Assembly (NCBI GenBank): GCA_022825665.1
Contig: JAJDWI010000013.1
Location: 668 to 64,667 of the forward strand
DNA length: 64,000 bases
Reading direction: 5' to 3'
DNA from: Candidatus Poribacteria bacterium
Lineage (GTDB): Bacteria > Poribacteria > WGA-4E > WGA-3G
Shown here one piece after another: positions 20,423 through 29,879 of the stretch; position 1 is the stretch's first letter, and each line of letters begins with the position of its first letter. Under the pieces are notes generated by a model. It searched no databases. It was not told the origin of the DNA and worked only from the letters and a program-made list of their open reading frames with translations. Position numbers and translations under genes: made by a program.

Positions 20423-21619
20423 CTATTTTTGGGTCTTTTTTTGTTGTGATAAGAAATGCTCATAAGCTTGATAATGTTGATCACCAAGTTTGTGATTACC
20501 AATACTTTTATAAAGTTTGGAAAGGTTCAGATGGTAGTACGGCTGTTCTTCATTCAATTCAACTGCTTTTCGAAAAACTGAAATTGCATTCTGTACGTCT
20601 CCCAGCATTGCGTAGACACTACCGAGAGTGTTATAAAATCGATCTTGTGTTGGTAATAATTGAATAGCTTTCTGGGCAGGTTCCAGTGCTAATTTTGGAT
20701 ATCTGATATTGATAAAGGCTTGACTGAGTCCATGATAATAACTGGCTATTGCACCCACAGGTGCATTTTGTGCATTGCCGATTTCTATACATTTTTGAAA
20801 GACCGGTATCACTCTTTTATACTTTTTTTGACGCATCATCACACCTGCTAAACCTGTCCATCCATCAAGATTATTTGGATCCACACGTGTTAGACGGGTA
20901 AAACGTTCATAATCCGCAGCCTCTTTCTGAAGACGTTGATATATCTGCATCTCTTCTCTGCTTTTATCTCTATTGCCAATACGTTGGTAGGCTGTACCAA
21001 GTCCAAAGTGAGGATCAGCAAAATCTGGTGGACCAAACTGTATAGCTTTATTAAAAAAGTCTATAGCTTCTGGATAGGATTTTAAGTTTAGGTGTGCATT
21101 TCCAAGTTCATAATAATTTCCTGCTGCGTTAGGTTTTAATACAATGGCTTTATTCAATACATCAACTGCATCTGTATACTGACGAAGTTTGACATAGACC
21201 TTTCCAAGCACCTCATGTGCTCGTGCATGTTGAGGAGATAAAGAAATGACGGATTTGAGCGGTTCAACGGCATCCTCCCACTGATTTAGCTTGAAATACA
21301 CGATTGCCAAAGAATACAATACTTCAATATTATCTGGTTTCAAAGCTAAAGATCGGTTATATACCTCAACCGCCTTATTCCAAGACGAATCTGACGCATA
21401 CGACATCCCTAAATAGTGCAGGATTTCATAACGATTTGGATCAATAGCAAGTGCAGATTCAAATGCTTTTATAGTTGCTTGATTATCACCTTGAAAAAGA
21501 TATAGAAATCCTTGTTCTACATGTTTCACATAGTCTGCATGATCATCATTTTCCGCAGAAAGTGCAGATATTGAGAAACATAGAAGAAGTATTGCCAAAA
21601 TGAGTAGACTATTTCGCAT
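20423..21619 (-). CDS. TPR-repeat protein (secreted)
   Basis: 398 aa with a signal peptide and about ten canonical TPR units (..A..Y..AL...P....A...LG..Y). Confidence 0.8.
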   Translation of the reverse strand: MRNSLLILAILLLCFSISALSAENDDHADYVKHVEQGFLYLFQGDNQATIKAFESALAIDPNRYEILHYLGMSYASDSSWNKAVEVYNRSLALKPDNIEVLYSLAIVYFKLNQWEDAVEPLKSVISLSPQHARAHEVLGKVYVKLRQYTDAVDVLNKAIVLKPNAAGNYYELGNAHLNLKSYPEAIDFFNKAIQFGPPDFADPHFGLGTAYQRIGNRDKSREEMQIYQRLQKEAADYERFTRLTRVDPNNLDGWTGLAGVMMRQKKYKRVIPVFQKCIEIGNAQNAPVGAIASYYHGLSQAFINIRYPKLALEPAQKAIQLLPTQDRFYNTLGSVYAMLGDVQNAISVFRKAVELNEEQPYYHLNLSKLYKSIGNHKLGDQHYQAYEHFLSQQKKTQK

Positions 21620-21738
21620 CCGAGTGTCCTTGTAAATGCCTTTTACTGTATATCAAAAGGTAAATCTTATATGTTAGATAATATCTGAATTATAAAAAAA
21701 AATCAATCAGATTCTTTTTGGATATGCTTCAAAAGGGG

Positions 21739-21767
21739 TTGACTTTGGAATGAGTTTGTAGTATAAA
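21739..21767 (+). promoter_or_regulatory. Candidate sigma70 promoter
   Basis: TTGACT, 17 nt, then TATAAA, 28 nt upstream of the GTG start at 21795, which has an AGGAGG RBS. Confidence 0.35.
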
Positions 21768-21794
21768 ATAACCATTGCAATCAGGAGGAATATT

Positions 21795-22742
21795 GTGAAA
21801 CTTGTTTCTTTCAAAAATCCTAATAATGAAGATGTCAAATTAGGTGCGTTAATCAGTAATGATAGGATCATTGAATTTACATTACCTGTTTCTGATATGA
21901 TTCAGTTTTTTGAACAAGATTGTATTCAGCAAGCACAAACCACTTTAGATACAATTCAACAACAACTCAATAACGGTGAAAACATTTCTAATGAAGTATT
22001 CTCACTATCTGATGTTCAACTATTGGCACCATTTCCACGTCCAGCAAGTTTGCGTGATTTCGGTGTATTTAAAATCCACATGGATGCTGCTTCACGTATT
22101 ACAGGCAAGGAAATATCACCAGAATGGTTTAAACTCCCAAATTACTATCGGGGTAGCACAAGTCCCGCATCTATAGCAGGACACGAAGCGGTTGTTACGT
22201 GGCCAAACTATACTGAAAAACTTGATTTTGAGCTTGAATGGGGTGTTTATATAGGTAAAACTGGTAAGAATATATCTATAGAAGAAGCACCTGATTATAT
22301 TGCAGGCTATACTATCTATAACGACATCAGTGCTCGCGATATTCAATTCCGGCACATGTCCCTATCACTCGGTCCTGCAAAAGGCAAGGATTTTGACAAC
22401 AGTAATATCATGGGTCCGTGTCTTGTTACACCAGATGAAATTGGGGATCCATACAATCTGAAAATGACAGCGCGAGTCAATGGAGAAACATGGTCAGAGG
22501 GGAATACTTCCGATATGTATTACTCTTTCGCTGAAATGATTTCTTTTGTTTCACAGTCAGAAACGCTATTTCCAGGTGAATTTTTGGGATCAGGAACTGT
22601 AGGAAGAGGATGTGGTTGGGAACTTGACAGATGGATTCAACCTGGAGATGTCATAGAACTTGAGGTCGAAAACATAGGTGTTTTAAGAAATGAGATTGGC
22701 GAACCAGAAGAAAACCCAGCTGCTTGGAAGGAAAAAGTATAA
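21795..22742 (+). CDS. Fumarylacetoacetate hydrolase family protein
   Basis: 315 aa with FAH-family C-terminal patterns (DFELEWGVYIGK, YTIYNDISARD, GTVG). Confidence 0.85.
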   Translation: MKLVSFKNPNNEDVKLGALISNDRIIEFTLPVSDMIQFFEQDCIQQAQTTLDTIQQQLNNGENISNEVFSLSDVQLLAPFPRPASLRDFGVFKIHMDAASRITGKEISPEWFKLPNYYRGSTSPASIAGHEAVVTWPNYTEKLDFELEWGVYIGKTGKNISIEEAPDYIAGYTIYNDISARDIQFRHMSLSLGPAKGKDFDNSNIMGPCLVTPDEIGDPYNLKMTARVNGETWSEGNTSDMYYSFAEMISFVSQSETLFPGEFLGSGTVGRGCGWELDRWIQPGDVIELEVENIGVLRNEIGEPEENPAAWKEKV

Positions 22743-22744
22743 TT

Positions 22745-23494
22745 GTGCGACTCAATGGTAAGGTAGCAATCATCACAGGTGCTGCTTCTGGAATTGGCAA
22801 AGCCACTGCCATTCTCTTTGCAGAGCACGGCGCGAAAATCGTTGTTGCAGATATAAATGAGGATGGTGGAAAGGAGACTGTTGCAGATATTCAAGATGAA
22901 GGAAATGATGCAATTTTTGTGAAAACTGATGTGACAGTCAAATCAGACACAGAACAGATGGTTGAACAGACTATCGCTTCGTATGGAAAACTGGATATTC
23001 TCTTAAACAGTGCTGGGATTGCGATGCGATTACCTGTAGCAGAACTTTCAGAAGAGGATTGGCATCGTTGTTTAGATGTTAACCTGACAGGAGTTTTTCT
23101 TTCTTCAAAGGCAGCTATACCAGCAATGCAGAATAATGGTTGTGGTTCAATCATCAATATGTCCTCTATCTATGGAATTGTCGGTGCTGATGTTCGGGCT
23201 GCCTATGTTGCTTCCAAAGGTGCTGTTACCAACCTGACACGAGGTATGGCACTTGATTATGCATCAGACAATATACGTGTTAACTGCATCTGTCCAGGTT
23301 TTGTAGAAACACCATTAGTCGCTGGCGTTGTCAAAACACCTGAAGAATATCAGAAACTTGCTGACAAACACCCCTTACGAAGACTGGCAAAACCTGAAGA
23401 AATTGCTTATGGGGCATTATACCTTGCCTCGGAGGAATCTTCCTTTGTTACAGGCATTGCCTTGCCGATTGATGGTGGTTATACAGCAGGATAA
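22745..23494 (+). CDS. SDR-family oxidoreductase (FabG-like)
   Basis: Motifs are GKVAIITGAASGIGKA and NSAG, plus the catalytic Y-x3-K in YVASKGAV. The GTG at 22745 follows GGAAGGA. The track start, a TTG at 22724, overlaps the upstream gene. Confidence 0.9.
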   Translation: MRLNGKVAIITGAASGIGKATAILFAEHGAKIVVADINEDGGKETVADIQDEGNDAIFVKTDVTVKSDTEQMVEQTIASYGKLDILLNSAGIAMRLPVAELSEEDWHRCLDVNLTGVFLSSKAAIPAMQNNGCGSIINMSSIYGIVGADVRAAYVASKGAVTNLTRGMALDYASDNIRVNCICPGFVETPLVAGVVKTPEEYQKLADKHPLRRLAKPEEIAYGALYLASEESSFVTGIALPIDGGYTAG

Positions 23495-23547
23495 GAACAA
23501 ATTCAGCATAAGTGATGACACACTACATTCAACCTTTCATATAACCT

Positions 23548-26223
23548 ATGCGCAGAATTTCTATTTACACCTTCCTATTATTGCTCATCAACAGTGCCTA
23601 TCTATTCAGCTTTGGTGAACCAACCCTATTTTACATATCAAACGTTTTATTCCACTTAGCACTCGGTATAATCCTAATAATCCCATTCAGTGTCTATATC
23701 TACCAAAAATTCAGAAACATATCATATCTTGGATGGATTAGTATTGTTAGTTTAACACTCGGAATAGTCAGTGGTGGTTATCTCATGGTAGTCGGAGCAA
23801 CCACTCCATATCGTTGGCTATTAATAACACACATCGTCACAATTAGCATTGGTAGTATTCTCTTTTGCTTTCACTTGTTGAGAGACAGTACCAATCTTTC
23901 ACCCAGATTCAGAAGAACTATACTTGTTATTTTGATTGGTGTTTTGTTTTTTCCGATTGGAGCAAAGCTATCCCAACATTTTTTTCCGAACAAAGACTAT
24001 CTCGTCGTAAACCCAGCATTACCACCTGCAAGTATGTATGATGAAGGGGGTGGATCAACCGGACATTTTTTCCCTGCATCCGTTGAAACGGAAACAGGCA
24101 ACCTGATTCCAACTGACTTCTTTCTCACATCAGAAACCTGTGCATCAAAGGGATGCCATCCTGATATCTACAAGCAGTGGAACGAATCAGCACATCATTT
24201 TTCGTCATTCAATAACCAATGGTATCGTAAGTCAATCGTCTATATGCAGGAAGTTAATGGTATTCAACCGTCAAAATGGTGTGGTGGATGCCATGATCCT
24301 GCAATTCTACTCAACGGCGTCATGGATAAGCCGATAAGAGAAAACCTTCATACACCTGCAGCTCAAGCAGGCTTAGCTTGTACAGCATGCCACTCAATAG
24401 AACGCGTCAAAGATACGATGGGTAACAGCGGATATGTAATAAAATATCCCCCTCTCCATGATATAGCATCAAGCGACAATCGTATCATCCGCAGTCTGCA
24501 CAACTATCTCATACGTCTTGATCCTGAGCCACATCGCAAAAGCTTCTTAAAACCATTTCATCGTGAGAACACTGCTGAATTCTGTTCAACCTGTCATAAA
24601 GTTCATTTAGATTTTCCTGTGAATAATTTCAAATGGGTGCGCGGTTTCAATGATTATGATCAGTGGCAAAAAAGCGGGGTTTCACATCAAGGTGCACTCT
24701 CCTTCTACTATCCCGATAAGCCCAAGAAATGTGTTGATTGCCACATGCCGTTAGTTGACTCCAAGGATGCAGGAAACATAAACGGTAAAGTACATAGTCA
24801 CCGTTTTCCTGCTGCAAACACCGCCCTCCCCTATGTTAATCAACATCAGGAACAACTTCAAACCGTTGTTGACTTTCTACAAAATGATGTTATTACATTA
24901 GATCTATTTGCAAATGGTGTTCCAATCCCAAAAGATGGTGTTGAAATCAAACGTGGAGATGACCCGCTAATTGAGGTCGTGGTTCGCACACGTGGTGTTG
25001 GTCATCAATTCCCCGCTGGAACAATTGATGCTTTTGATATCTGGCTCGAGGTGAAAGCTACAGATGAGAACGGAAAGATTGTGTTTTGGAATGGAAGAAT
25101 AGATGCACCGGATGGAAATGGTCCTGTTGATCCGAGTGCCCATTTCTATCGTGCTTATATGTTGGATGAACACGGAAACTTGATAAATAAACGTAATGCT
25201 TGGGCAATGCGAACCGTCCTATATTCGCGCACCATTCCACCCGGTGCAGCTGATACAGTTCGGTATCGGTTAGAAATTCCTGAAGATTGTGGAGATACAC
25301 TCAATTTAGAAGTGAAACTTAACTATCGTAAATTCAACTGGTGGCATACACAGTGGGCTTATGCTGGTGTTCGCGATCCAGAGGATACTGACTATAAAGT
25401 CGATAAAGGTTACGATGATGGAAAGTGGGTCTGGACTGGAGACACATCGGATGTGGCAGGAAAAATAAAGGAAATTCCAAACCTACCAATTACTGTAATG
25501 GCAGATACCAATGCAACACTCCGTGTCGTACCTGCTTCACAGAATATCAAGATACAAAATACAGATGAAGTAAATGACCGTGAACGTTGGAACGATTACG
25601 GCATAGGACAGCTATTACAAGGAGATCTCAGAAAAGCAATAAGAGCATTTAGAGAAGTAACAAAAATAGAACCAGAATACTTAGATGGGTGGGTGAATAT
25701 AGCACGATGTCACATCAAAGAAGGTGATATGCAGAATGCGGAAAAAATGCTTGATAGGGCGTTTAAAATTCAGGAAACGTTACCACCTAATAACCCGCAT
25801 CGCGCAAAAGTTCACTACTTTTACGCGATAGTTCAAGAGTCTTACGGTAACTATGATATAGCAATACAACATCTTCAACATGCAGTTTCCCAATTCCCAC
25901 GTGATACACGAGTTCTCAATGAATTGGGACGTATTCATTATCTGAAACGGGAATATGAGACGGCTTTGGGGCACTTCCAGAACACACTTCAAGTGGATCC
26001 GGAAGATTTGGATGCACATTACAATATGATGCTGTGTTATAGCGGACTGAAAAATTCAGCTATGGCTGCTAAATCACGAAAACTTTACTTACGGTTTAAA
26101 GCGGATGAATCAGTTGATGCCATAACGGGTATTACTCGTCGCGCGGATCCTCATGCTAACCGTGAAAGACAAGCAATCCATGAACACATCAACAGTTATT
26201 ATTCTGAAACGGAAAATGAATAA
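23548..26223 (+). CDS. Membrane-anchored multihaem c-type cytochrome fused to C-terminal TPR repeats
   Basis: 891 aa with about 5 N-terminal TM helices. CxxCH motifs are CGGCH, CTACH, CSTCH and CVDCH, plus a C-x4-CH (CASKGCH). The C-terminal 200 aa are TPR-like. Confidence 0.75.
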   Translation: MRRISIYTFLLLLINSAYLFSFGEPTLFYISNVLFHLALGIILIIPFSVYIYQKFRNISYLGWISIVSLTLGIVSGGYLMVVGATTPYRWLLITHIVTISIGSILFCFHLLRDSTNLSPRFRRTILVILIGVLFFPIGAKLSQHFFPNKDYLVVNPALPPASMYDEGGGSTGHFFPASVETETGNLIPTDFFLTSETCASKGCHPDIYKQWNESAHHFSSFNNQWYRKSIVYMQEVNGIQPSKWCGGCHDPAILLNGVMDKPIRENLHTPAAQAGLACTACHSIERVKDTMGNSGYVIKYPPLHDIASSDNRIIRSLHNYLIRLDPEPHRKSFLKPFHRENTAEFCSTCHKVHLDFPVNNFKWVRGFNDYDQWQKSGVSHQGALSFYYPDKPKKCVDCHMPLVDSKDAGNINGKVHSHRFPAANTALPYVNQHQEQLQTVVDFLQNDVITLDLFANGVPIPKDGVEIKRGDDPLIEVVVRTRGVGHQFPAGTIDAFDIWLEVKATDENGKIVFWNGRIDAPDGNGPVDPSAHFYRAYMLDEHGNLINKRNAWAMRTVLYSRTIPPGAADTVRYRLEIPEDCGDTLNLEVKLNYRKFNWWHTQWAYAGVRDPEDTDYKVDKGYDDGKWVWTGDTSDVAGKIKEIPNLPITVMADTNATLRVVPASQNIKIQNTDEVNDRERWNDYGIGQLLQGDLRKAIRAFREVTKIEPEYLDGWVNIARCHIKEGDMQNAEKMLDRAFKIQETLPPNNPHRAKVHYFYAIVQESYGNYDIAIQHLQHAVSQFPRDTRVLNELGRIHYLKREYETALGHFQNTLQVDPEDLDAHYNMMLCYSGLKNSAMAAKSRKLYLRFKADESVDAITGITRRADPHANRERQAIHEHINSYYSETENE

Positions 26224-26528
26224 CGTTTTGATGCAATTAAAACGGTAACATAGTTGAAATCGTATGAGTTGGATACATTATATTTAGCCCCATATTTTAC
26301 ATTTATCAACAGAAGATTCTTAAATCTAAGCAAACCTGATCGTTTGCTAAACCCAATCTTCATGCTTGACCTCATATTGTATAGATGATACCATTTATAT
26401 GCATAAAGGGCAGCATGTAATGTCACCAGTTGATATTGTAACTAAGATATGTCACGCTTCAGTCTTTATGTTCACATACCGCATAAAACATAACCTTTAA
26501 TTTTACCACCGTATAATAGGAGAATGAC

Positions 26529-27290
26529 ATGTCAAAAAGAATTTACGAGGGACTGAGTGTCCTCATTATACTCATCATCGGTGGAGCTATATTCTTGGTC
26601 ATCAAAGACCAAGCAGAAATCAGGGAATTGAAAAGACAGTTAGCTGAAGACGAACAAGGACATTCCCATGCGGATGGTACTTTCCACCACGGACCGTCTG
26701 ACGAAGACGAGTCATCTACTGATGTGTCTAATGATGATGTGCGTCCTGCAAAAATAGCAAAATCGGGTGATGTGTCGAAGATAAGCCCCGATCCTGTGTC
26801 GAAAGAAGAAGCACGCAAGCCGAAACTGAAAAAGTTGTATACCGGTCCTTTGACGTTTCACGAGGAATTGCTGAAAACGAATCCTGTGAAAGCCCTTCGT
26901 TTGCAACAAGAGGAACGTGGACATTGGAGCGCGGCATGGATTCCGCCGTTCCCGCCCGATGACACAGAAGCGCAAGAATTCGCAAGGGTGGTGTATCTGC
27001 GGAAATACTATATTCAGACCTATGGCGACCTGTTAGAAACTCCTGAATATGAAAAGGAGACAAAGGCATTCTATAAGGCTCTCGCTATTTCTAAGCAAAT
27101 GTTTGATACTATTATGTCATATCCGTATGGTGCACGTAAATTTGATTTAATGAAACTCAGATGGCCCTCATTGAGTGATACGGTTAGTGTTAGCTACAGC
27201 GACGGCACCGTAGACCCTAATCCATCAGAATATTTTGGTGATCCAGAAGTGCGAGCATTCGCGAAACAGGCGGGTACGTGGGCTTACTAA
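26529..27290 (+). CDS. Hypothetical membrane-anchored protein
   Basis: 253 aa with a single N-terminal TM (LSVLIILIIGGAIFLVI), followed by an acidic, His-rich linker. A GGAG RBS lies upstream. Confidence 0.5.
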   Translation: MSKRIYEGLSVLIILIIGGAIFLVIKDQAEIRELKRQLAEDEQGHSHADGTFHHGPSDEDESSTDVSNDDVRPAKIAKSGDVSKISPDPVSKEEARKPKLKKLYTGPLTFHEELLKTNPVKALRLQQEERGHWSAAWIPPFPPDDTEAQEFARVVYLRKYYIQTYGDLLETPEYEKETKAFYKALAISKQMFDTIMSYPYGARKFDLMKLRWPSLSDTVSVSYSDGTVDPNPSEYFGDPEVRAFAKQAGTWAY

Positions 27291-27666
27291 TTAAGAAGGT
27301 TTTTTGATGTTTGTTAGAAATACTGCGTTATGTGTGATTATATTTTGTCTTACGTTGCCTATCGTAGGTGTGCCTTTAGCACACAAAGTGAAGAACTCCC
27401 ATTAAAAGAATATGAGGATAACCGAGATTACGCGTATGTCCAAGATGAGAAATGGGAGACCTGTCATAGTCAGGCAAAACTTGCATTTCTAATCCACGGT
27501 TTAGCACGGATTGCACTCATGAAACTTAATAGAAACTATATTCTTGCACCAAATTACACTTGTCGTTAATATAATTCAGTCAAGACTAATATTTATTTTC
27601 AACATTTAATCACTTTACCATTAATTATTTGAATCTATTAATTCAACAGAAAATGAAAGGAAAATT

Positions 27667-28443
27667 ATGGCACGAGTACCAATTGGTTTAGAGTTATTTT
27701 CAGTACGTAACGAATTAGCAGAGGATGCACGCGGCACTATAAAAGCCGTCGCAGAGATGGGATATGAGGGTGTGGAATTCGCTGGTCCACCACAACATTC
27801 TGCAGAGGAATTGAAAGGTTACCTTGACGAATTTGGAATCGTCTGTTGTGGATGGCATACACCGTTTAATCTTGTTCAGGAAGACAAACTCGCGGAAACA
27901 ATCGAGTTTAACAAAATCCTTGAGAATAAATATATCATTGTTCCCGGTATCCCAGGTGAACTGCGTCAATCACGCGCAGATTGGTTGAAATTAGCTGATT
28001 ATTTCAATGATCTTGCAGATAAACTTGCACCACACGGCATGGTAACAGGTTATCATAATCATCACGTGGAATTCTCACCCATGGATGGAGAAATACAGTG
28101 GGACACTTTCTTCGGAAATACTAACGAGGGTGTTGTGATGCAACTGGATATGGGAAACGCTCTCAGTGGTGGTGCAGATCTCGTTGCTATTTTGGAGAAA
28201 TATCCCGGACGTTCAGGAACAGTACATCTCAAACCTTATACCATTTCAGACGACGAGTCCGAAAGACATGCCGGTTTTCGACCTATCATTGGCGAAGATA
28301 GCGTGCCTTGGTCAGACATTTTCCGTGTCTGTGAAACAACAGGTGGCACGAAATGGTATATCGTTGAATATGAAAGTGATGCTTTCCCACCATTAGAGGC
28401 TGTTGAACGCTGCCTGAAAGCATTACAAGCAATGGGTAAATAA
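27667..28443 (+). CDS. Sugar phosphate isomerase/epimerase (xylose isomerase-like TIM barrel)
   Basis: 258 aa with family-typical ..GYEGVEF.. and HNH..EF patterns. Confidence 0.8.
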   Translation: MARVPIGLELFSVRNELAEDARGTIKAVAEMGYEGVEFAGPPQHSAEELKGYLDEFGIVCCGWHTPFNLVQEDKLAETIEFNKILENKYIIVPGIPGELRQSRADWLKLADYFNDLADKLAPHGMVTGYHNHHVEFSPMDGEIQWDTFFGNTNEGVVMQLDMGNALSGGADLVAILEKYPGRSGTVHLKPYTISDDESERHAGFRPIIGEDSVPWSDIFRVCETTGGTKWYIVEYESDAFPPLEAVERCLKALQAMGK

Positions 28444-28467
28444 TAGGATTGTGATTGGAATAAATAT

Positions 28468-29229
28468 ATGAAAGCCTACTGTGTAAGTACCCTTCCATTC
28501 TCACAATTTCAAATGACTGAGTTTGTGGACTTGATCTCTCAAGCAGGAATCTCTGCTATAGAACTTGCACAAAGTCATTTTTCGGATGTGGATGCGGAAA
28601 CTATCGTTACACTTCAAGATGAGACCGGTATCCATTTCAAATCTTTACTAAGCACTGTGCAAGTTGACGCACCTGATGGACTTGATGCACTCATCTCAAT
28701 CCTTGATACTGCACAAAGGCTTTCTATTTCAACAGTCAGTATGGCAAGTGGTGGAAATGAAACCGCTACCACTCGTGAGGTTGACAAGATTATTAGTCTA
28801 CTCAAAACGGTTTGTGAAGAAGCATTGTCTCGAAGTCTTGATCTTGCTCTATATGCTCACGAAGGGAGTCTTGCATACAATCTTGAACGCACACAACAAC
28901 TCTTTGATGCAATCTCCTACGATAACTTTGGCTTTTATTATAGTGCCTATCATTTTCACCGCGCAGGAGATAATCCTGTTATCGCCTTACGAACTCTGTC
29001 AGAACGGTTATTCAGTGTGTATTTCAACTGTGGCGTTGATGCAACTACTGGCAGTGAACCTTTTTGGGCACCAGAGATGGATTTTTACGGTATCTGCAAA
29101 GAGATAAACCGTATCGGTTACAATGAGGAAATTATGTTAATCTATTTAGGATTGAAAACAGATTCTCCACAACCGATTATTGATGGAGTCATTAACGCGC
29201 GGACGAAGTTAGAATCCTATTTTGGTTGA
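28468..29229 (+). CDS. Sugar phosphate isomerase/epimerase-like TIM-barrel protein
   Basis: 253 aa with weaker family resemblance (GISAIEL.., LALYAHEGS). It follows the previous gene by 24 nt. Confidence 0.6.
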   Translation: MKAYCVSTLPFSQFQMTEFVDLISQAGISAIELAQSHFSDVDAETIVTLQDETGIHFKSLLSTVQVDAPDGLDALISILDTAQRLSISTVSMASGGNETATTREVDKIISLLKTVCEEALSRSLDLALYAHEGSLAYNLERTQQLFDAISYDNFGFYYSAYHFHRAGDNPVIALRTLSERLFSVYFNCGVDATTGSEPFWAPEMDFYGICKEINRIGYNEEIMLIYLGLKTDSPQPIIDGVINARTKLESYFG

Positions 29230-29303
29230 ATACTCCTAACTATTCTATTTTTCCTTGAGATGCAAGACAACACAATTACTAGAGTGTATCTCATAAATCA
29301 CTT

Positions 29304-29327
29304 GTAGGGGCGGGGTCTCCCCGCCCG
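29304..29327 (+). repeat. REP-like GTAG + GC hairpin (class B)
   Basis: GTAGgggcggggtctccccgcccg, with stem gggcgggg/ccccgccc. Confidence 0.7.
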
Positions 29328-29345
29328 ATTAGAGGCTCTCTTTCT

Positions 29346-29442
29346 GGGCGAGGTCCCCTCGCCCGCATGCTAATACCATTTCTAAATAATAACTTCTCAT
29401 TAACAAAAAAAGCGTTCGTAGTCGCGCAATTTATTGCGCCTC
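29346..29442 (+). repeat. 97-nt direct repeat, copy a (class B hairpin + 70-nt unit ending in GTAG-tcgcgcaat/attgcgc hairpin)
   Basis: Identical to 29553..29649 except for one base (g/a in the last hairpin). The period is 207 nt. Confidence 0.85.
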
Positions 29443-29452
29443 GGACATTCTC

Positions 29453-29477
29453 GTAGGGGCGAGGTCTCCTCGCCCGC
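29453..29477 (+). repeat. REP-like GTAG + GC hairpin (class B)
   Basis: GTAGgggcgaggtctcctcgcccgc. Confidence 0.7.
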
Positions 29478-29490
29478 AGGACATGAATAT

Positions 29491-29515
29491 CGGGCGGGGA
29501 AACCCCGCCCCTACG
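29491..29515 (-). repeat. REP-like GTAG + GC hairpin (class B), inverted
   Basis: cgggcggggaaaccccgcccCTACg, identical to 2605..2629. Confidence 0.7.
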
Positions 29516-29552
29516 AACGGGACGTGCCCAGACCCTGATAACAACCTCGTAG

Positions 29553-29649
29553 GGGCGAGGTCCCCTCGCCCGCATGCTAATACCATTTCTAAATAATAAC
29601 TTCTCATTAACAAAAAAAGCGTTCGTAGTCGCGCAATTTATTACGCCTC
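29553..29649 (+). repeat. 97-nt direct repeat, copy b
   Basis: See 29346..29442. Confidence 0.85.
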
Positions 29650-29705
29650 TTACATTTGGATTTATTAAAGTCTCAAAATGTGGTTTTATTTATTAGAATT
29701 GGTAT
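29580..29705 (+). mobile_element. MITE-like unit bounded by a 12-nt imperfect inverted repeat (ataccatttcta ... tagaattggtat)
   Basis: It starts ataccatttcta (29580) and ends tagaattggtat (29694..29705). It contains the GTAG-tcgcgcaat hairpin. A second full unit lies at 31565..31678. Confidence 0.5.
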
Positions 29706-29879
29706 TACAATGTCAGTGAATTTATGTAAGCAAAACATGGATTTTTCATTATTTTTTTAGATTATGCACGTTTTCTACACCCAAATTACGTCATTAGATT
29801 ATCTATCAAACGGAAAAATAATTGTTTCGTTAAACGAATTTAGTTCAACATCTAATGACCTAATATTTGGAGGTAAAAA

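Noticed and set aside
27330-27569. A 79-aa ORF, and a shorter signal-peptide-like ORF starting at 27306, in the 375-nt gap before the TIM-barrel gene.
   Set aside because: There is no RBS, no recognisable domain and no second copy to test conservation. The evidence is insufficient to call a gene.
29291-29613. Minus-strand ORFs of 94 and 60 aa (MRARGPRPYE.., rich in Arg/Gly/Pro).
   Set aside because: They lie entirely within the REP cluster. Their repeated RGDLAPT/RARGPRP peptides are simply translations of the GC hairpins.
29290-29650. Possible CRISPR array, given closely spaced GC-rich repeats of about 25 nt.
   Set aside because: The repeats are strongly palindromic, occur in both orientations, have irregular spacing, and are interleaved with a 97-nt duplicated unit. 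No cas genes or leader are present. The same hairpins occur singly elsewhere, for example at 2605. This fits REP-like elements, not CRISPR.
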